Below, piece by piece: positions 45,307-57,700 of a stretch of DNA of 64,000 bases (the first letter of the stretch is position 1; each line of letters starts with the position of its first letter). Made by a program: the position numbers and the translations under genes. The DNA is from a virus. Where the stretch lies: IMG/VR virus record IMGVR_UViG_3300046820_000975, positions 32,001 to 96,000 of that record. The stretch is one strand, 5' to 3'. Below the pieces are notes generated by a model, which saw only the letters and a program-made list of their open reading frames with translations, was not told the origin of the DNA and ran no database searches.

Positions 45307-48300
45307 ATGCAAAGAATACGTATTAAAAAAGCTCCAAATAAAGGAGACCAACGCGACTACAGTCTTTATGACAGAACTAGTTTAAATCCAGGTGCACCAG
45401 ATAATACTGAGCACATAGGAACTACTATGGGTCCAGTAGATCGCGAAGATGCCAATGTAGAAGTTGAAAGAGGTGAAGTTGTTATTGGTGATACAAACCA
45501 AGATGGTTTTTTAGAACTATTTACGTTCACTGGTAAACCTCACAGTAAAGGAGGTACTCCAGTTAATATACCACCAGGTTCATTTATTTATTCTAATACA
45601 CGTAAACTGCGTATTAAAGATGCAGAATTATTGAAAAGTCAGTTTGGACTTTCAATGAAGAAAGGTGGATGGACTCCTGCTGAAATTGCAAATAAATTTC
45701 AAATTAATGAGTATGTATCTGATTTAAAAAATCCAGATACAGATAACCTTACAAAGCGTTCTTCAGACAGAATGCTTAAAAACAATTTGCAGAAGTTAGG
45801 TATTCTTGCGTTGATTCAAGAATCAATGAAAGGATTCCCTGATGGTATTCCTGCAATTGCTGAACCTGTTATGCAAGAGATGGGCGTAGATCCATCTATT
45901 ATTACTGGACAACAACCACAAGAACAAGCTCCGCAATTACAAGAAGCTCCTGAACAAGAAGTACAAGAGCAACCACAAGAAGCACCAGCTGAAGAATCTG
46001 GAGAAGGCATGCCATCTTTAGAAGAGTTTCAAGCTATGCAAGAACAAGGTATGCAAAAGTATGGTGGATTAACACAATATGCTGGTGGTGGGATGACAGT
46101 TCAGCAAGCGCAAGCTTTAAGTAAGAATTTGATTGCTAAATATCAAGATGCTTATAAAAGAAAAGATTATGCTGCATTAGCAACATTAGCACCACAGTTA
46201 AGACAAGCATCAAATCAGATTAATCAATTTAATGATGCTGGTTGGTATTCATTAGGTATGATACCTGGAACAGATCAATCAGCATTTAATAGTTATACAA
46301 GTCAGTTAAGTCAAGCAGCAAATGATATTGAAAGAAATATTATACCACAAAGTAATTTTGTTAGTACTATTGGTAATCAGCTTAAAACATTAACTGATCA
46401 ATATCAAGCTGATTATAATAAGTTGAATTCAGGACAATTGACAAATTTGTCAACTGAAGATATGCAAAAGATAAAACAAATCTATGAGTTAAATAATAGA
46501 TTTGCAGCTCATGCAGCTAATATTAAAGCTGGTGGTGCTGGTATGCCTGTATCTGAATTAGCTAGATTACAAAATCAGTTAGCAAAATATTCAGCTCCAT
46601 CATCTACTGGTGATAATGGAATGTCTAGTACATTAGATAGCGCTGAAGTATTAAATGCAGAATCATCTGCACCAGCTTCTACAAATACATATACATCATC
46701 TCCATTTAAAAAAGGTGATGTTTATAAATCTAAATGGGGTAGTTATGAGATTGTAAATCCAGCAGCTGATGCTGATGGAATGATTCAGCTTGTTAACAAA
46801 CAAAATAATGCAAAGACTAAAGTTAAGTTAAGTACAATGCAACAAGCAATTGGTACTGGTTTAACTAAAGGTGGAGCTGATCTTATTAGTACTGCTCCTG
46901 CTGAAACTCCTGCACAACCACCAGCACAACCAAGAGTTGGTTCTACAACTACTCCAAGTCAAGGAACACAAACAACACCAGCAGCTTCATCTGGAAGATC
47001 ATCACAAGGTCCTTCAAGTGCTACTACTGGACCAATGTTCTCAGATGATATTTACAAGATGCGTTATGGTGGATATTTAAAACGATTTGATGGAGCTGGT
47101 ACAAACAATGTTCCATTAAACACTAATGCTACTACACCTGCAACTGATGAAGAAAAGTTTGTTAGTGATGTTTCAGTTAATGGTCAAACGTATAAGAAAT
47201 ATAGCAAAGGTGATTTAGTAATTATTAAAGATGCTAATGGTAGAACATTATCATCTAAGAATATTAAAACTGGTGAAAAGACAGACTACAGACCAGATGC
47301 AACAATTACATATAATGCTAAGAATGAGCGTATTAACATTGATGCACCAGATCCATCTGTAGATTATAAAGCTAAAGATTGGAAAGGTAAATATTCAGCA
47401 AGCGCAGATGAGTTTGAAAAACTTATAAATGATCCAGGAAATGAAGATTTGCGTAACTCTATTTATGAAGAGTTTAAAAAAATTGCACAAGATCATGCTG
47501 CAAGAACAGGAGATAAAAGCTTATTAAACATTGATAAAGCTAATGCTATTCAAATGCTTATTAAAGGTAACAGAGATAATGCTACCATTAATAGTGTTTA
47601 TGAAAAAAATCCTGAGTTATTAAAAAGTGGAGATTGGGATAAAACTCAACCTAATGATTACGTAGATGCAGCAGGTAATAAAGTAAGTGGTAAAAACCTT
47701 ATTTATAATAGAGTTGCTAGCAAACTTGGTATTACACCAATGGATGCTCTTGGAACTAAAGTTTTCCAAGGAATTTATCAAGCTTCTCAGAATGTTGCAC
47801 GTCAACCACAATACGTTGAGAAATTTACTAAAAGTGGATTTGACATTACACCAATTGGTCTTAGTGATCAAACACGTTTAAATCAACCAATTTCTCCTGT
47901 AGATGAAATCTATGGTAACACTACTGTAGGTCAAATGTACAAGTTAAAACAAGATCCAGAAATACCAATTACTGTTCCTCCAGGAAAGAAAGTAAAATAC
48001 TATTGCGTTAAACAAGCAAATGGTATGGGTAATGTGGTATCTGTCACTTATAATGAAGGTGAACAACCTATTGCACCTGCAGGCGCAGGAGCAGGATTTG
48101 ATGACAGATCTACTGCTGCTATGAATTGTTCACAAGAACAACCTGGATTAGAGCAAGCACCAGTTAAATCTGGCCCATGGTGGTTACCTGATATTGTTAA
48201 CTATACTGGTACATTAACAGATAAGATTAACAGATACGAACCTACGTTAGAGCAATTAAGCTCACGTACTCCAGGATATGTTTTATTAGATCCAACACGT

Positions 48301-49011
48301 CAATTGGCTGCTAACCAAAGTCAAATGCAACAATACAACGACATGCTTTCAAATACGATGGCAGGTAATGTTGCAGCAGCTACTGCGTTAGGTGCTTCTG
48401 GTGAAGGATTTAATAATGCTGCTAATGTATTAGCATCTGTTGAGGGACAAAACGTTGGTATTGTTAATAATGTTGCGGCAAGTAATGCGCAGATTCAAAA
48501 TCAACAAGATATGTTGAATGCGCAAGCACGTCAGAATTATGTTGGTCAAATGGCAACATTAAATCAAAATCTTGACAATGCTGAGCAACAACGTAAGTGG
48601 AGACAAATAGCTGCATTTAACAATGGTACTAATAACTGGTATCGTAAAAAACAAATGGAGCAAGTATTATTCCCTCAAGTATTTATCAATCCAATCTCTG
48701 GTGATGCAGAATTTTCTGGCAAAGGTAGAGATTATGCAGGATATGATGTATATTCGCCCGCGTATGCATCTAACACAAAAGCTAATACTTTTGATGTTCA
48801 AGGTACATATAACAAATATATCAAGGCTGGTAATACAGATGCACAAGCTAAATGGTTAACAGAAAAAGAACTTGAGTTAAATAAAACTTCAAGTTCTGGT
48901 TCAGATGCTAGTTCAAGACAAGCATATATGAATGCTATTATGAACCAATCAGCTGGTCAAGCAATTGAGCGTTGGGGCGGTGCAATTACACCTTGGGATT
49001 TTGACGTTTAA
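45307..49011 (+). CDS. Putative virion cargo/ejection protein
   Basis: N-terminal NVEVERGE...HSKGG..V motif seen in crAss-like cargo proteins; Q/N-rich helical C-terminus. Confidence 0.6.
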   Translation: MQRIRIKKAPNKGDQRDYSLYDRTSLNPGAPDNTEHIGTTMGPVDREDANVEVERGEVVIGDTNQDGFLELFTFTGKPHSKGGTPVNIPPGSFIYSNTRKLRIKDAELLKSQFGLSMKKGGWTPAEIANKFQINEYVSDLKNPDTDNLTKRSSDRMLKNNLQKLGILALIQESMKGFPDGIPAIAEPVMQEMGVDPSIITGQQPQEQAPQLQEAPEQEVQEQPQEAPAEESGEGMPSLEEFQAMQEQGMQKYGGLTQYAGGGMTVQQAQALSKNLIAKYQDAYKRKDYAALATLAPQLRQASNQINQFNDAGWYSLGMIPGTDQSAFNSYTSQLSQAANDIERNIIPQSNFVSTIGNQLKTLTDQYQADYNKLNSGQLTNLSTEDMQKIKQIYELNNRFAAHAANIKAGGAGMPVSELARLQNQLAKYSAPSSTGDNGMSSTLDSAEVLNAESSAPASTNTYTSSPFKKGDVYKSKWGSYEIVNPAADADGMIQLVNKQNNAKTKVKLSTMQQAIGTGLTKGGADLISTAPAETPAQPPAQPRVGSTTTPSQGTQTTPAASSGRSSQGPSSATTGPMFSDDIYKMRYGGYLKRFDGAGTNNVPLNTNATTPATDEEKFVSDVSVNGQTYKKYSKGDLVIIKDANGRTLSSKNIKTGEKTDYRPDATITYNAKNERINIDAPDPSVDYKAKDWKGKYSASADEFEKLINDPGNEDLRNSIYEEFKKIAQDHAARTGDKSLLNIDKANAIQMLIKGNRDNATINSVYEKNPELLKSGDWDKTQPNDYVDAAGNKVSGKNLIYNRVASKLGITPMDALGTKVFQGIYQASQNVARQPQYVEKFTKSGFDITPIGLSDQTRLNQPISPVDEIYGNTTVGQMYKLKQDPEIPITVPPGKKVKYYCVKQANGMGNVVSVTYNEGEQPIAPAGAGAGFDDRSTAAMNCSQEQPGLEQAPVKSGPWWLPDIVNYTGTLTDKINRYEPTLEQLSSRTPGYVLLDPTRQLAANQSQMQQYNDMLSNTMAGNVAAATALGASGEGFNNAANVLASVEGQNVGIVNNVAASNAQIQNQQDMLNAQARQNYVGQMATLNQNLDNAEQQRKWRQIAAFNNGTNNWYRKKQMEQVLFPQVFINPISGDAEFSGKGRDYAGYDVYSPAYASNTKANTFDVQGTYNKYIKAGNTDAQAKWLTEKELELNKTSSSGSDASSRQAYMNAIMNQSAGQAIERWGGAITPWDFDV

Positions 49012-49026
49012 AAAACATATTATAGA

Positions 49027-51711
49027 ATGGCTACGTTTACTAATCAAACAGACCAGTTTGGTCCATTGCAACTTTATAAACCTGATTACAGTTTTCTGAC
49101 TCAGGTTTATGGAACACGTCAGGCTGAATATGATCGTGGTTTTAACACAGTTAAAAGTTTATATAATTCAGCACTTAACAGTCCTGTCACTAGTGAAGCT
49201 AATGAAGCTTTTCGTCAAGAAGCTTTTAAGAAAATTCAAAACTCACTTAAATCAGTTAGTGGAGTTGACTTATCAAATCCAACTAACATAACACGCGCAC
49301 AAAACTTACTAAATCCGATTACAGATGATGAAGAGTTAATGCGTGATATGTCAGTTACACGTTATAACGCAGATCAAGAACAACGCTTAAATGCTGTTAA
49401 AAATAGTTCAGATCCTGAAATACGTAAACAATACAATGAGTATAGCGCAAAAGCTATTCAATTATCTAAAGAAGATTTACGTACAGCAAAACGTGGTACT
49501 GGTGAAGTATCTAAAGTTAGACCAGGTGAGTTTATTCCACAAGAAGATATTGCTGAATACTTAAACAAAGCAGCAAAGGAACAAGGTATTAAAATTGCTT
49601 TTTCTGAAGCTGATGGTAAAGGTTACATTATCAATACAGAAAATGGTACACGTGCTTACGGTGCGTTTACCAACTGGGCAAAAACTATGATGGGTAATCG
49701 CTTTGACCGTCAATTACAACAAAGAGGTTATGTAGAAAGTGAGAATATTATACGTAACACAATGGCAGAAAACAAAGTAGGACGTGATGTAGCTACACAA
49801 ATGGTTTCTGACAAGTTATCAAAAGAACTTACTACACAATCTGCTACTGATGGAGTTGAAGCTGACAAGCAACTTAAAGAGTTGAATGACAACATCAATC
49901 TTTATAAAAAAGAATACCCTAATGGTGTACCTGAAACTAAACTAGCAGATTTTAAAAAGCTGGTTACACAACGTGATGAATACAAAAAACAATTAGAAGA
50001 AGCACGTACAGTAAACTACAATGTACAAAATGATGGGGCAGCTTACGTTGCTGCAAACATTGCAGGTATTTTTACTAAAGAAGCTAAGAACTCAATTGCA
50101 CATAACTGGGCAAAGACAAGAGCTGATGCAACTGCAAAGACTGAATTGAAAGATGATCAGGTTGTTTTAACTAAATGGAAAATAGCGTCTGATGAGCGTC
50201 AAACCTCTATGCGTATTGCATCTTCTGAGAAAATTGCACAAATGCATGAAGCTGGTACGCAAGCACGTTGGGAAAAAGATCATGAACTTAAAGTTGCTAA
50301 ACTTAAAGCAGAAAACAAATTACCTAACGAAGATCGTATTGGTACATTTGCTACTACATCAGATACAAAAGGTGTTGACATATTAGGTCAAGCTAATAAA
50401 GAAACACAAGAAAGAATGTTTAATACAGTATTTTCAGCTGGTGATGGTATTGTAAACCAAGTACTTGATACTAAATATCAAGGTCAGCTTTACTCTGTTA
50501 TGGCAAAAGTTAAGCAGATTGAATCTGGCAATGATGTTAAATTAACAGCAGAAGAAAAGAATCTGATTGCTCAAGTTGGTAAGCAACTTAATGTTACTGT
50601 ATATAACCCAACTAACTCAGCTACAGCTCGTGCAGTAATTGATAACATTACTACTGGTATGGTTACTAAAGCACAAGGACGTATTAAGCAATACGCTAGT
50701 ATGGGTAAAAGTAGCAAAGCTGGTCAATTAGCTACTGCTCTTAATGGTGTAATATCTGATATGCATACGTTAAATGAACAATATGATAATCAGAAAAGCA
50801 ACTACAAAAAAGTAGCAGCTATTGTTACAGATGGTTCAGGTCATATTAAATCTGGATTTGAAGGAGCTAAGATAACTGGATACTTTAAAGATGGTACACC
50901 TATCATTGATGTAACTGGCATGTCTGTTGAAAAACGTGACTTTGTTAGTAAACAAGTTGATGATCAATACAATACACGTGCTGGTCAAGCAGGAGCAATT
51001 TATCAATTTAATGCACTTGATGCAAAAGATGTATTTGCTATTACTAACAGTAATGGTATGGTATCTGCTAAAGATCAAAATGGTAATGATGTGGATATGA
51101 GTACTTTACGTTCATTACCTGCAGATCAATTAAAAGAAATGCTAGGTAAAACTGCACAGGTAGCTTATGATCCAGGTAACAAGAATGTAGTAGTAAAACT
51201 TAAGGTTGATCCTTCATCAGGTATTGCTAAAACATTAAAACTTGATCGTACATCTGTTATTGATGTAACAATTCCTTATAAAGCTATTCAAGCTAATCCA
51301 GATGACTATGGACGTTTAGGTATGTACATAAACAAAAACACAGCTAATGTTACTTCATATAATAACAATTTTGCTAAATTTGTAAGTGAACCTACTGCTA
51401 CAATTACTGCGCCATCTACGTATACAAATGCGGGATTTGACTATTCTATATCTGGAACAAGAAACAGTAATGGTCAGTATGGTTTAAATATTAACTACGA
51501 ATATACAAACCCTTCAACAGGTAAAACTGAAAGACACCATTCATTTAAGCCAATCAACAATCCTGGAGATCCTGCAGAATTTCTTGCTGCTCAAAGTATG
51601 ATTACCAGTGTATTTGATTCTTATACATTGAATAGACAACAGTATGAAGATCAAGTAAATGGTAACGTAAGTACTTATGAATATTCAGATGATGATTTTG
51701 ACTTAGATTAA
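49027..51711 (+). CDS. Putative virion cargo/ejection protein
   Basis: 894 aa, largely helical; synteny. Confidence 0.6.
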   Translation: MATFTNQTDQFGPLQLYKPDYSFLTQVYGTRQAEYDRGFNTVKSLYNSALNSPVTSEANEAFRQEAFKKIQNSLKSVSGVDLSNPTNITRAQNLLNPITDDEELMRDMSVTRYNADQEQRLNAVKNSSDPEIRKQYNEYSAKAIQLSKEDLRTAKRGTGEVSKVRPGEFIPQEDIAEYLNKAAKEQGIKIAFSEADGKGYIINTENGTRAYGAFTNWAKTMMGNRFDRQLQQRGYVESENIIRNTMAENKVGRDVATQMVSDKLSKELTTQSATDGVEADKQLKELNDNINLYKKEYPNGVPETKLADFKKLVTQRDEYKKQLEEARTVNYNVQNDGAAYVAANIAGIFTKEAKNSIAHNWAKTRADATAKTELKDDQVVLTKWKIASDERQTSMRIASSEKIAQMHEAGTQARWEKDHELKVAKLKAENKLPNEDRIGTFATTSDTKGVDILGQANKETQERMFNTVFSAGDGIVNQVLDTKYQGQLYSVMAKVKQIESGNDVKLTAEEKNLIAQVGKQLNVTVYNPTNSATARAVIDNITTGMVTKAQGRIKQYASMGKSSKAGQLATALNGVISDMHTLNEQYDNQKSNYKKVAAIVTDGSGHIKSGFEGAKITGYFKDGTPIIDVTGMSVEKRDFVSKQVDDQYNTRAGQAGAIYQFNALDAKDVFAITNSNGMVSAKDQNGNDVDMSTLRSLPADQLKEMLGKTAQVAYDPGNKNVVVKLKVDPSSGIAKTLKLDRTSVIDVTIPYKAIQANPDDYGRLGMYINKNTANVTSYNNNFAKFVSEPTATITAPSTYTNAGFDYSISGTRNSNGQYGLNINYEYTNPSTGKTERHHSFKPINNPGDPAEFLAAQSMITSVFDSYTLNRQQYEDQVNGNVSTYEYSDDDFDLD

Positions 51712-51724
51712 ACTTAACAAAACA

Positions 51725-54700
51725 ATGGCTGATCAACTAGAACCATTAAGCATACAAGATGCAATAAAACAGGCTACAGCTCCAGCAGGTGCTCAACCTA
51801 AAACTAATGATTTTGCATCTTCAATGAATGATGTATTCAATGATGCTAATGCAAAATTTACTGTACCAGAAGATGTACCTACTTCACCATTGCGTGCGGG
51901 TGGTCCTGGTGTACAATTTTATAATGCAGATGATGCAGCCAAATATCAACTTCAATCAGATTTTGATGCGTGGGGTTTTAATCCAAACAATCCAGCAAAC
52001 TATGATCGCATGGTTGCAAAAGAGGATTGGGGTTCAGCTATTAGTAAAGGTTGGGATGGTTTAAAAACAAACTTTGGAAATACATACGTTGGTAACTTTA
52101 CTGGTTATGGACGTATGGTTGATGCTATTGCTCATCTAGATATGTCTAGACTTATGGATGATGAAAGCACCATGATTGATCAGGCATATGCACAAAAACA
52201 AATGGGTAACAAAAATTTTGTTTTTGTTAAACCAGAAGAAGAAGATGACATCTTTGGAAAAAAGTTTGTTGCTGAAAGTATGCAAAGTGCTGGATTTAGC
52301 CTCGGTACTGTTGCTGCATTTGGAACTGAATTATTAGCAGATGCGTTAATTACAGCTGCAACTGCAGGTGGAGGTATTGAAACATTTGGCGCATCTATAG
52401 CTAAATTTGGTGCTAGACTTGGAATGGAGACAGCTGGTAAAGCTATCGGTAAAGGTGTTAGTGCTGTTGGTAAAGTAGCTAAAGGATTTACAGAAGTTGA
52501 AAGTTTAGGCAAAGGTGCATTAAATGCTGCAGATAAAGGACTTGATGTTGCAGGTAAATTAAAAGGTGCATTGACTAGTCCTACAATTAGAAAGGAAGTA
52601 ATTAATGATACATTTGAAGCCATGACTAAAACAATGGCACAACTTTCTAATCCTAGCAAAATTGGAGAATGGAGTATGAAAGCTCTTGAAAAAACTCCAT
52701 TATTAGGTACTGGTGTAAAGTTTGGTAAAACCATTCGTGCTGCTGCAAAAGGAGGAGCAGGCGCTTCTGAATTAATTGGTATGGGTCTTGGTGCTACAAG
52801 ACGCGTAATGCAAGAATATAACATGGCTTCTACTGAAGCTAACATGGAAGCTGTATCATCTTATTCAGATACTCTGGATGATATGGTAAGACAATATAAA
52901 GCATCTAATGGTGGTGACACACCTTCAGAACTTGAATTTGCATCTATGAGAAATGATGCAATGAAATCTGCTGGTGCTAACTATAAGACAAACATGTCTG
53001 TTTTATTAGCAATGAACTCACTTCAATTTGGTAACGTGTTGAATAAGTATGGTTCTGCCAATAAGTTTATACGTGACTTTATGATGGAAGGTGCAGAAGA
53101 TGTACTTGCTGTTGAAGGTAAACGTATATTAAAACAAGGTGCAAAAGAAGTAGTTAAAGAAGGAGTTGAACAAGCTGGTAAACAAGCAGCAAAAGAAGGT
53201 GTTAAAGAAGCTGTTGAGCAAGGTGTAAAACAATCATTTACAAAGTTATATGAAAAAGGTGCTTTAGGTACATTAGGTCTTGTGGGACAAATCTCAAGAG
53301 ACTTTGGTAAGAAGGAAGCAGCATATCAATTAGGTAGATCTTTTGTAAGAAACTTTGCAAAGTTTGAAGCATTAGAAGGTTTGCAAGAAAATATACAAGA
53401 AGCTTCAGGTAAAGCATGGCGCGATTATTATGCAGCAAAACATGACACAGCTGTTAAAACTATTTATGATACATTCTCTGATGCTATAGGTGATCAAATG
53501 AGCAAGCAAGGTTTTAGAACTTTCTTGTCAGGTGCACTTGGTGGTGTGTTGTCACATGGTCCATCAATGATAATAAACAAAACAATTGCTAAAGCTGCTG
53601 AAGGTGCTAATTCATTAAATTACAGAAATGATCCTTCTCAGAATCCAGCAACACAAGCTCAAAAAGCATTGAAAGAAAACATTGCAAATCTTAATGCAAT
53701 GTTTGAACAAACTTCAAGTAGTACTATTGATAAGTCATTATTTAACTTTGCCAACCAGATTCATGCTGGTAAAGAAATGACACAGGCTGCTGCTAAAAAT
53801 CAGCAGTATGAGTTTACCAATGGTAGAGATAATGCTTTATTGTCTGCTGTAATTTCAGCTAAACAAACTGGTACAGTTGATGTTCTTGCACGTTCATTCC
53901 GTGAGATGGGTAATAATATGACTGCTGAACAATTTGAAAACAACTTTGGTATAAGCCTTAGTGATACAAAATATAATTCAGTTGAAGATTTTACTAATTC
54001 AATAGGAGATGATATTGAAAAATATTCAGAATCAATTGATGATGTTAAACGTAATGTAGGTGATTTAGCTAATCCTAATCTATATAAAGTAGGTAGCAAA
54101 GAATATTATCTTGCAATACATAAACGTAGAACGCAAGAAGAAGCTGTTAATATTATCTCTTACAATATGTTACGTGGAGAAATGACAGCTGAACGTGTTC
54201 AACAATTAGCACAAGAAGTAAGAGCTAATCCTGTATTGGCCCATTCTGCTGATTATGTAATGCGTGTATTACACAATGGTGAGAATTTAGATGCTGAAAT
54301 TGGCAATGTTCAAAGTGAAGTTACAATACTTAATGAACAACTTAAAGGTGAAGGATTAGATCCAAAACTTAAAGCTGATTTAGAAAAACAATTAGAACTC
54401 AAAAAAGAACATCTAGTTGATTTAAAAATATGGCAGAGTTACTTTGACAAATCAGCACGTAAAAGAACAGCTGGTAAAGAAAGCGCTGTTGAGTATACTA
54501 GTGGTAAATTTGTAGGTAAAGGTAAAAAGTCAACATTTGATGATCAGGGTAAACTTGTTCAAGAATTTGAACCTACATCAGAAGAACTAAATGATCCTGA
54601 AGTACTTGCAAGATTTAAAAAGCTATTGGTTAATTTAAATAACCAAGCTGGTATTTCTGTACAAATGACTGATGCTCAAGCGCGTGAAGCATTATCAAAA

Positions 54701-57700
54701 GTTACTGATATTAGTCGCCTTAACAATGATGCAAAAGAATACATGCAAAGCGTGGATGTGTTATACAATCCAGAAGCTTTTGAGTATGCTACATCAAGAA
54801 TGTTAGATGGTGAAATCAAATTCAAAATTAATGCTACTTTAAAACAGTTGTCAGAAAGTACAGATAATTCAATTGCTATGATCATTCTTGGGTATCAGAT
54901 AACTGATCCAAATGAACAAAGAGCAATTGCACAAGAAGTATTTGATGCTGTACAAAAGTCTAATGAGTATACTAAACTAATAGCACTTATAGTTGACCCT
55001 AATTTAGGGTATCAATCTGGTACTTACGCAAATGAATTATTTCAATCTTTATTCAAAAAGCTTACAGATAAAGTAAGAGAGATTTCAAATCGCTATGATA
55101 AGTCTGGCGCAACTGATATCTCAGATACTGATTATGAAGCGTTTAAGAAAGATGGTACAGTACCTGAAGATGTAAAGCAGCGTATAGCTCAAATGCTTTA
55201 TGATCGTAATCCTCTTACAGATAAGATGAAAGAGGTTTATGATAAACATAAAGAAGACATTGACAAAATGGTTGATGCTTTAGAAGAAGAGTTTAAGAGA
55301 AAGCGTGATGCAGCTCGTGGTCAAAAGATCTATGATAATTCTGCTAACTCGTATGAAGGTCAAGCATCAAAGCGATTATACGTCATGGAGAATGATCGTA
55401 GATTTGCAGAAGACATTGAGAAATATTATGAAACACGCGATGGTCAAGTAGGTAGCCTTAAAGAGATGGTTCAAAAGGCAATTGAAAATCCTTTAACACA
55501 TCCTTATATTAAAGAAGGATTAAAGAAATTAGTTGATAAGATAGGTGATGATGCGCTAGTTAAATTTGATTCAAAACAAACTATTGCTCCAGGATACTAT
55601 GATCCTAAAGAGCATCTTGTTGTATTAGATCCAGAATTAGTAAACTCTGGTAATGTAAGTTTTGAAGCTGTTATGTTCCATGAATTAATACATTACTTTA
55701 CTTCAAGAGAACTTAATAAAGATACTGAGTTTACTCAGAAAATTGAGAAAATGTATGCTAATGCCAAAGTGTTTATGATGGCAAACAACATTAGTACCAA
55801 TTACTATGGCATGTCTAACTTGGATGAATTCCTTGCTGAAGCATTTACAAATCCAGAATTCCAAAGTCAGTTAAATAAAATTCCAGGTGATCAAGGTAAA
55901 ACCATGTGGCAATCATTCTTGGATGCATTAACTAAGTTTTTAAAAGAAGCTTTGAATGTTAATGTTACTCCATCAATGCTTACAGATGTAATGAAAGCTG
56001 TACAGGAGTTTATTGATGATCCAACTTACAATGGTGCAGTAGAGTTCTTAAAAAACAAAGGACTAACTGATGCTGAGATACAAGAATTTTCACGTGCTGA
56101 AGTATTGTCTATTGCTGAACAAGAAGGATATAATAAAGATCAGAATCCTCCAGCTTCAGAAGATTCATTAAATAAACCTGAAGAAATTATTCCTGAATTA
56201 CAACAAGCTGCAGAAGGTCTTACAGGACAAGAAACTGGTGCTGTTGCAGAAATAATCCCTCCTACAGATTCTGAAAACATGACTGCTGAAGAAATTGAAA
56301 GACAAGCAACTTCTTTAGCTGAAAATGATGTAAAGGAAAATACAGAAGCTTTAGAAAGATTAACTGGTAAAGGTCAAGTTGGTAGTACTGTTACAGATGT
56401 AGCTTCAAATGAAATGTCTGGTGCTCCTGACATGAGTCAATTATTAGCTGGTAAATTAGGTGCAGGCGCAACTGTTAATGTACCTATCAAAAATGGTTTA
56501 GTACAAATTACTATTAATGATAACAATGTATATAAGGAAGCTTATGTATTCAATGTTAAAGACGGTGTAATTGTTAAAGCTACACATGTCACTAGATTTA
56601 AAAACTCTACAGAACCTACAGCAGATAAAAAGACACAGGTTGCTAATCCTATTGAAACTTATAATAATCTTGCGTCTAATCCAGCTTACAAAGTTGATGT
56701 GCGTGATGATGATAAAGTCAAAGAAACACCTGCACAACAAACAACTACTCCAGATATTCAAGCTAAAAAAGCTGAGATTGAAAAAAGAAGAGAACAAGAA
56801 ATCAAAGAGAACGTTCAATTACTTGATGTAAATGATGTAAGAAGACCTAATGGTGCAATTGGTACACAAGGGTTTGATCCATCAACAATGAAAGATTTAG
56901 TAAAATTTATATCAGGTAAGATGGGATTTGCAATACCATCTGAATTACTTGATAAAAAGACTGATAAATTAAAACCTCTAATTGATTATATAATTGAAAA
57001 TCAAGACATTAAAGCTAAAATACTTGATTATATTACAAGCAATCCATCAGAAATATCTGTCATGCCTGATGATTCTATTCAATTTTTGGATGGTAACCAT
57101 AGAGCAAATTTATTAAACATCATTGGTTCTGCAGTTATTCCTGTTATAAATCAGACTTCAAAAAAACAAATTGATTCTAAATATGATGCAGAACTAGCTG
57201 CTTTAAATACTGAAAGTACTGGTGAAGCTGCTATAGCTTTAGATGAGAAAGTAAGTACAGCTCCTGTTGTAACTGGTAACATTGAAGTTAAAGGTACAGA
57301 AGAAACTGGGTTACAAGTAGTTGATACTCAAACAAATACAACAGTTGCAAAAGATATTGAAAATTTAGATGAAGCTAACAAAATAGCACAATCATTTAAC
57401 AACAGTGTATCTGATGTAGAAGTAGCAAAACAAATTCTAGATAAGTTGATGAATGGCAGTGCAACTCCTGAAGCTATTGTAGCATTCTGTGAATCAGCTA
57501 AAAACAGTTTGCGTTCATATAATAATATGAATAAGACAGATCTTAAAACTTTAAGTGAGTATGCTAATACTCCTAAAGGTATGGAGTTGTTGACCAATCT
57601 AGCTAAAAAGAAATTGGGAATACAAGAAACAAAGAAGAAAACTGCAAAGGTTGAAAAGAAAGAAACTGCTGCACAACCTGATTTGTTTAACACTACTAAC

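Noticed and set aside
53131-53232. KEGVEQ/KEAVEQ short peptide repeats
   Set aside because: Low-complexity helical repeat inside a large protein, with no sign of a separate element.
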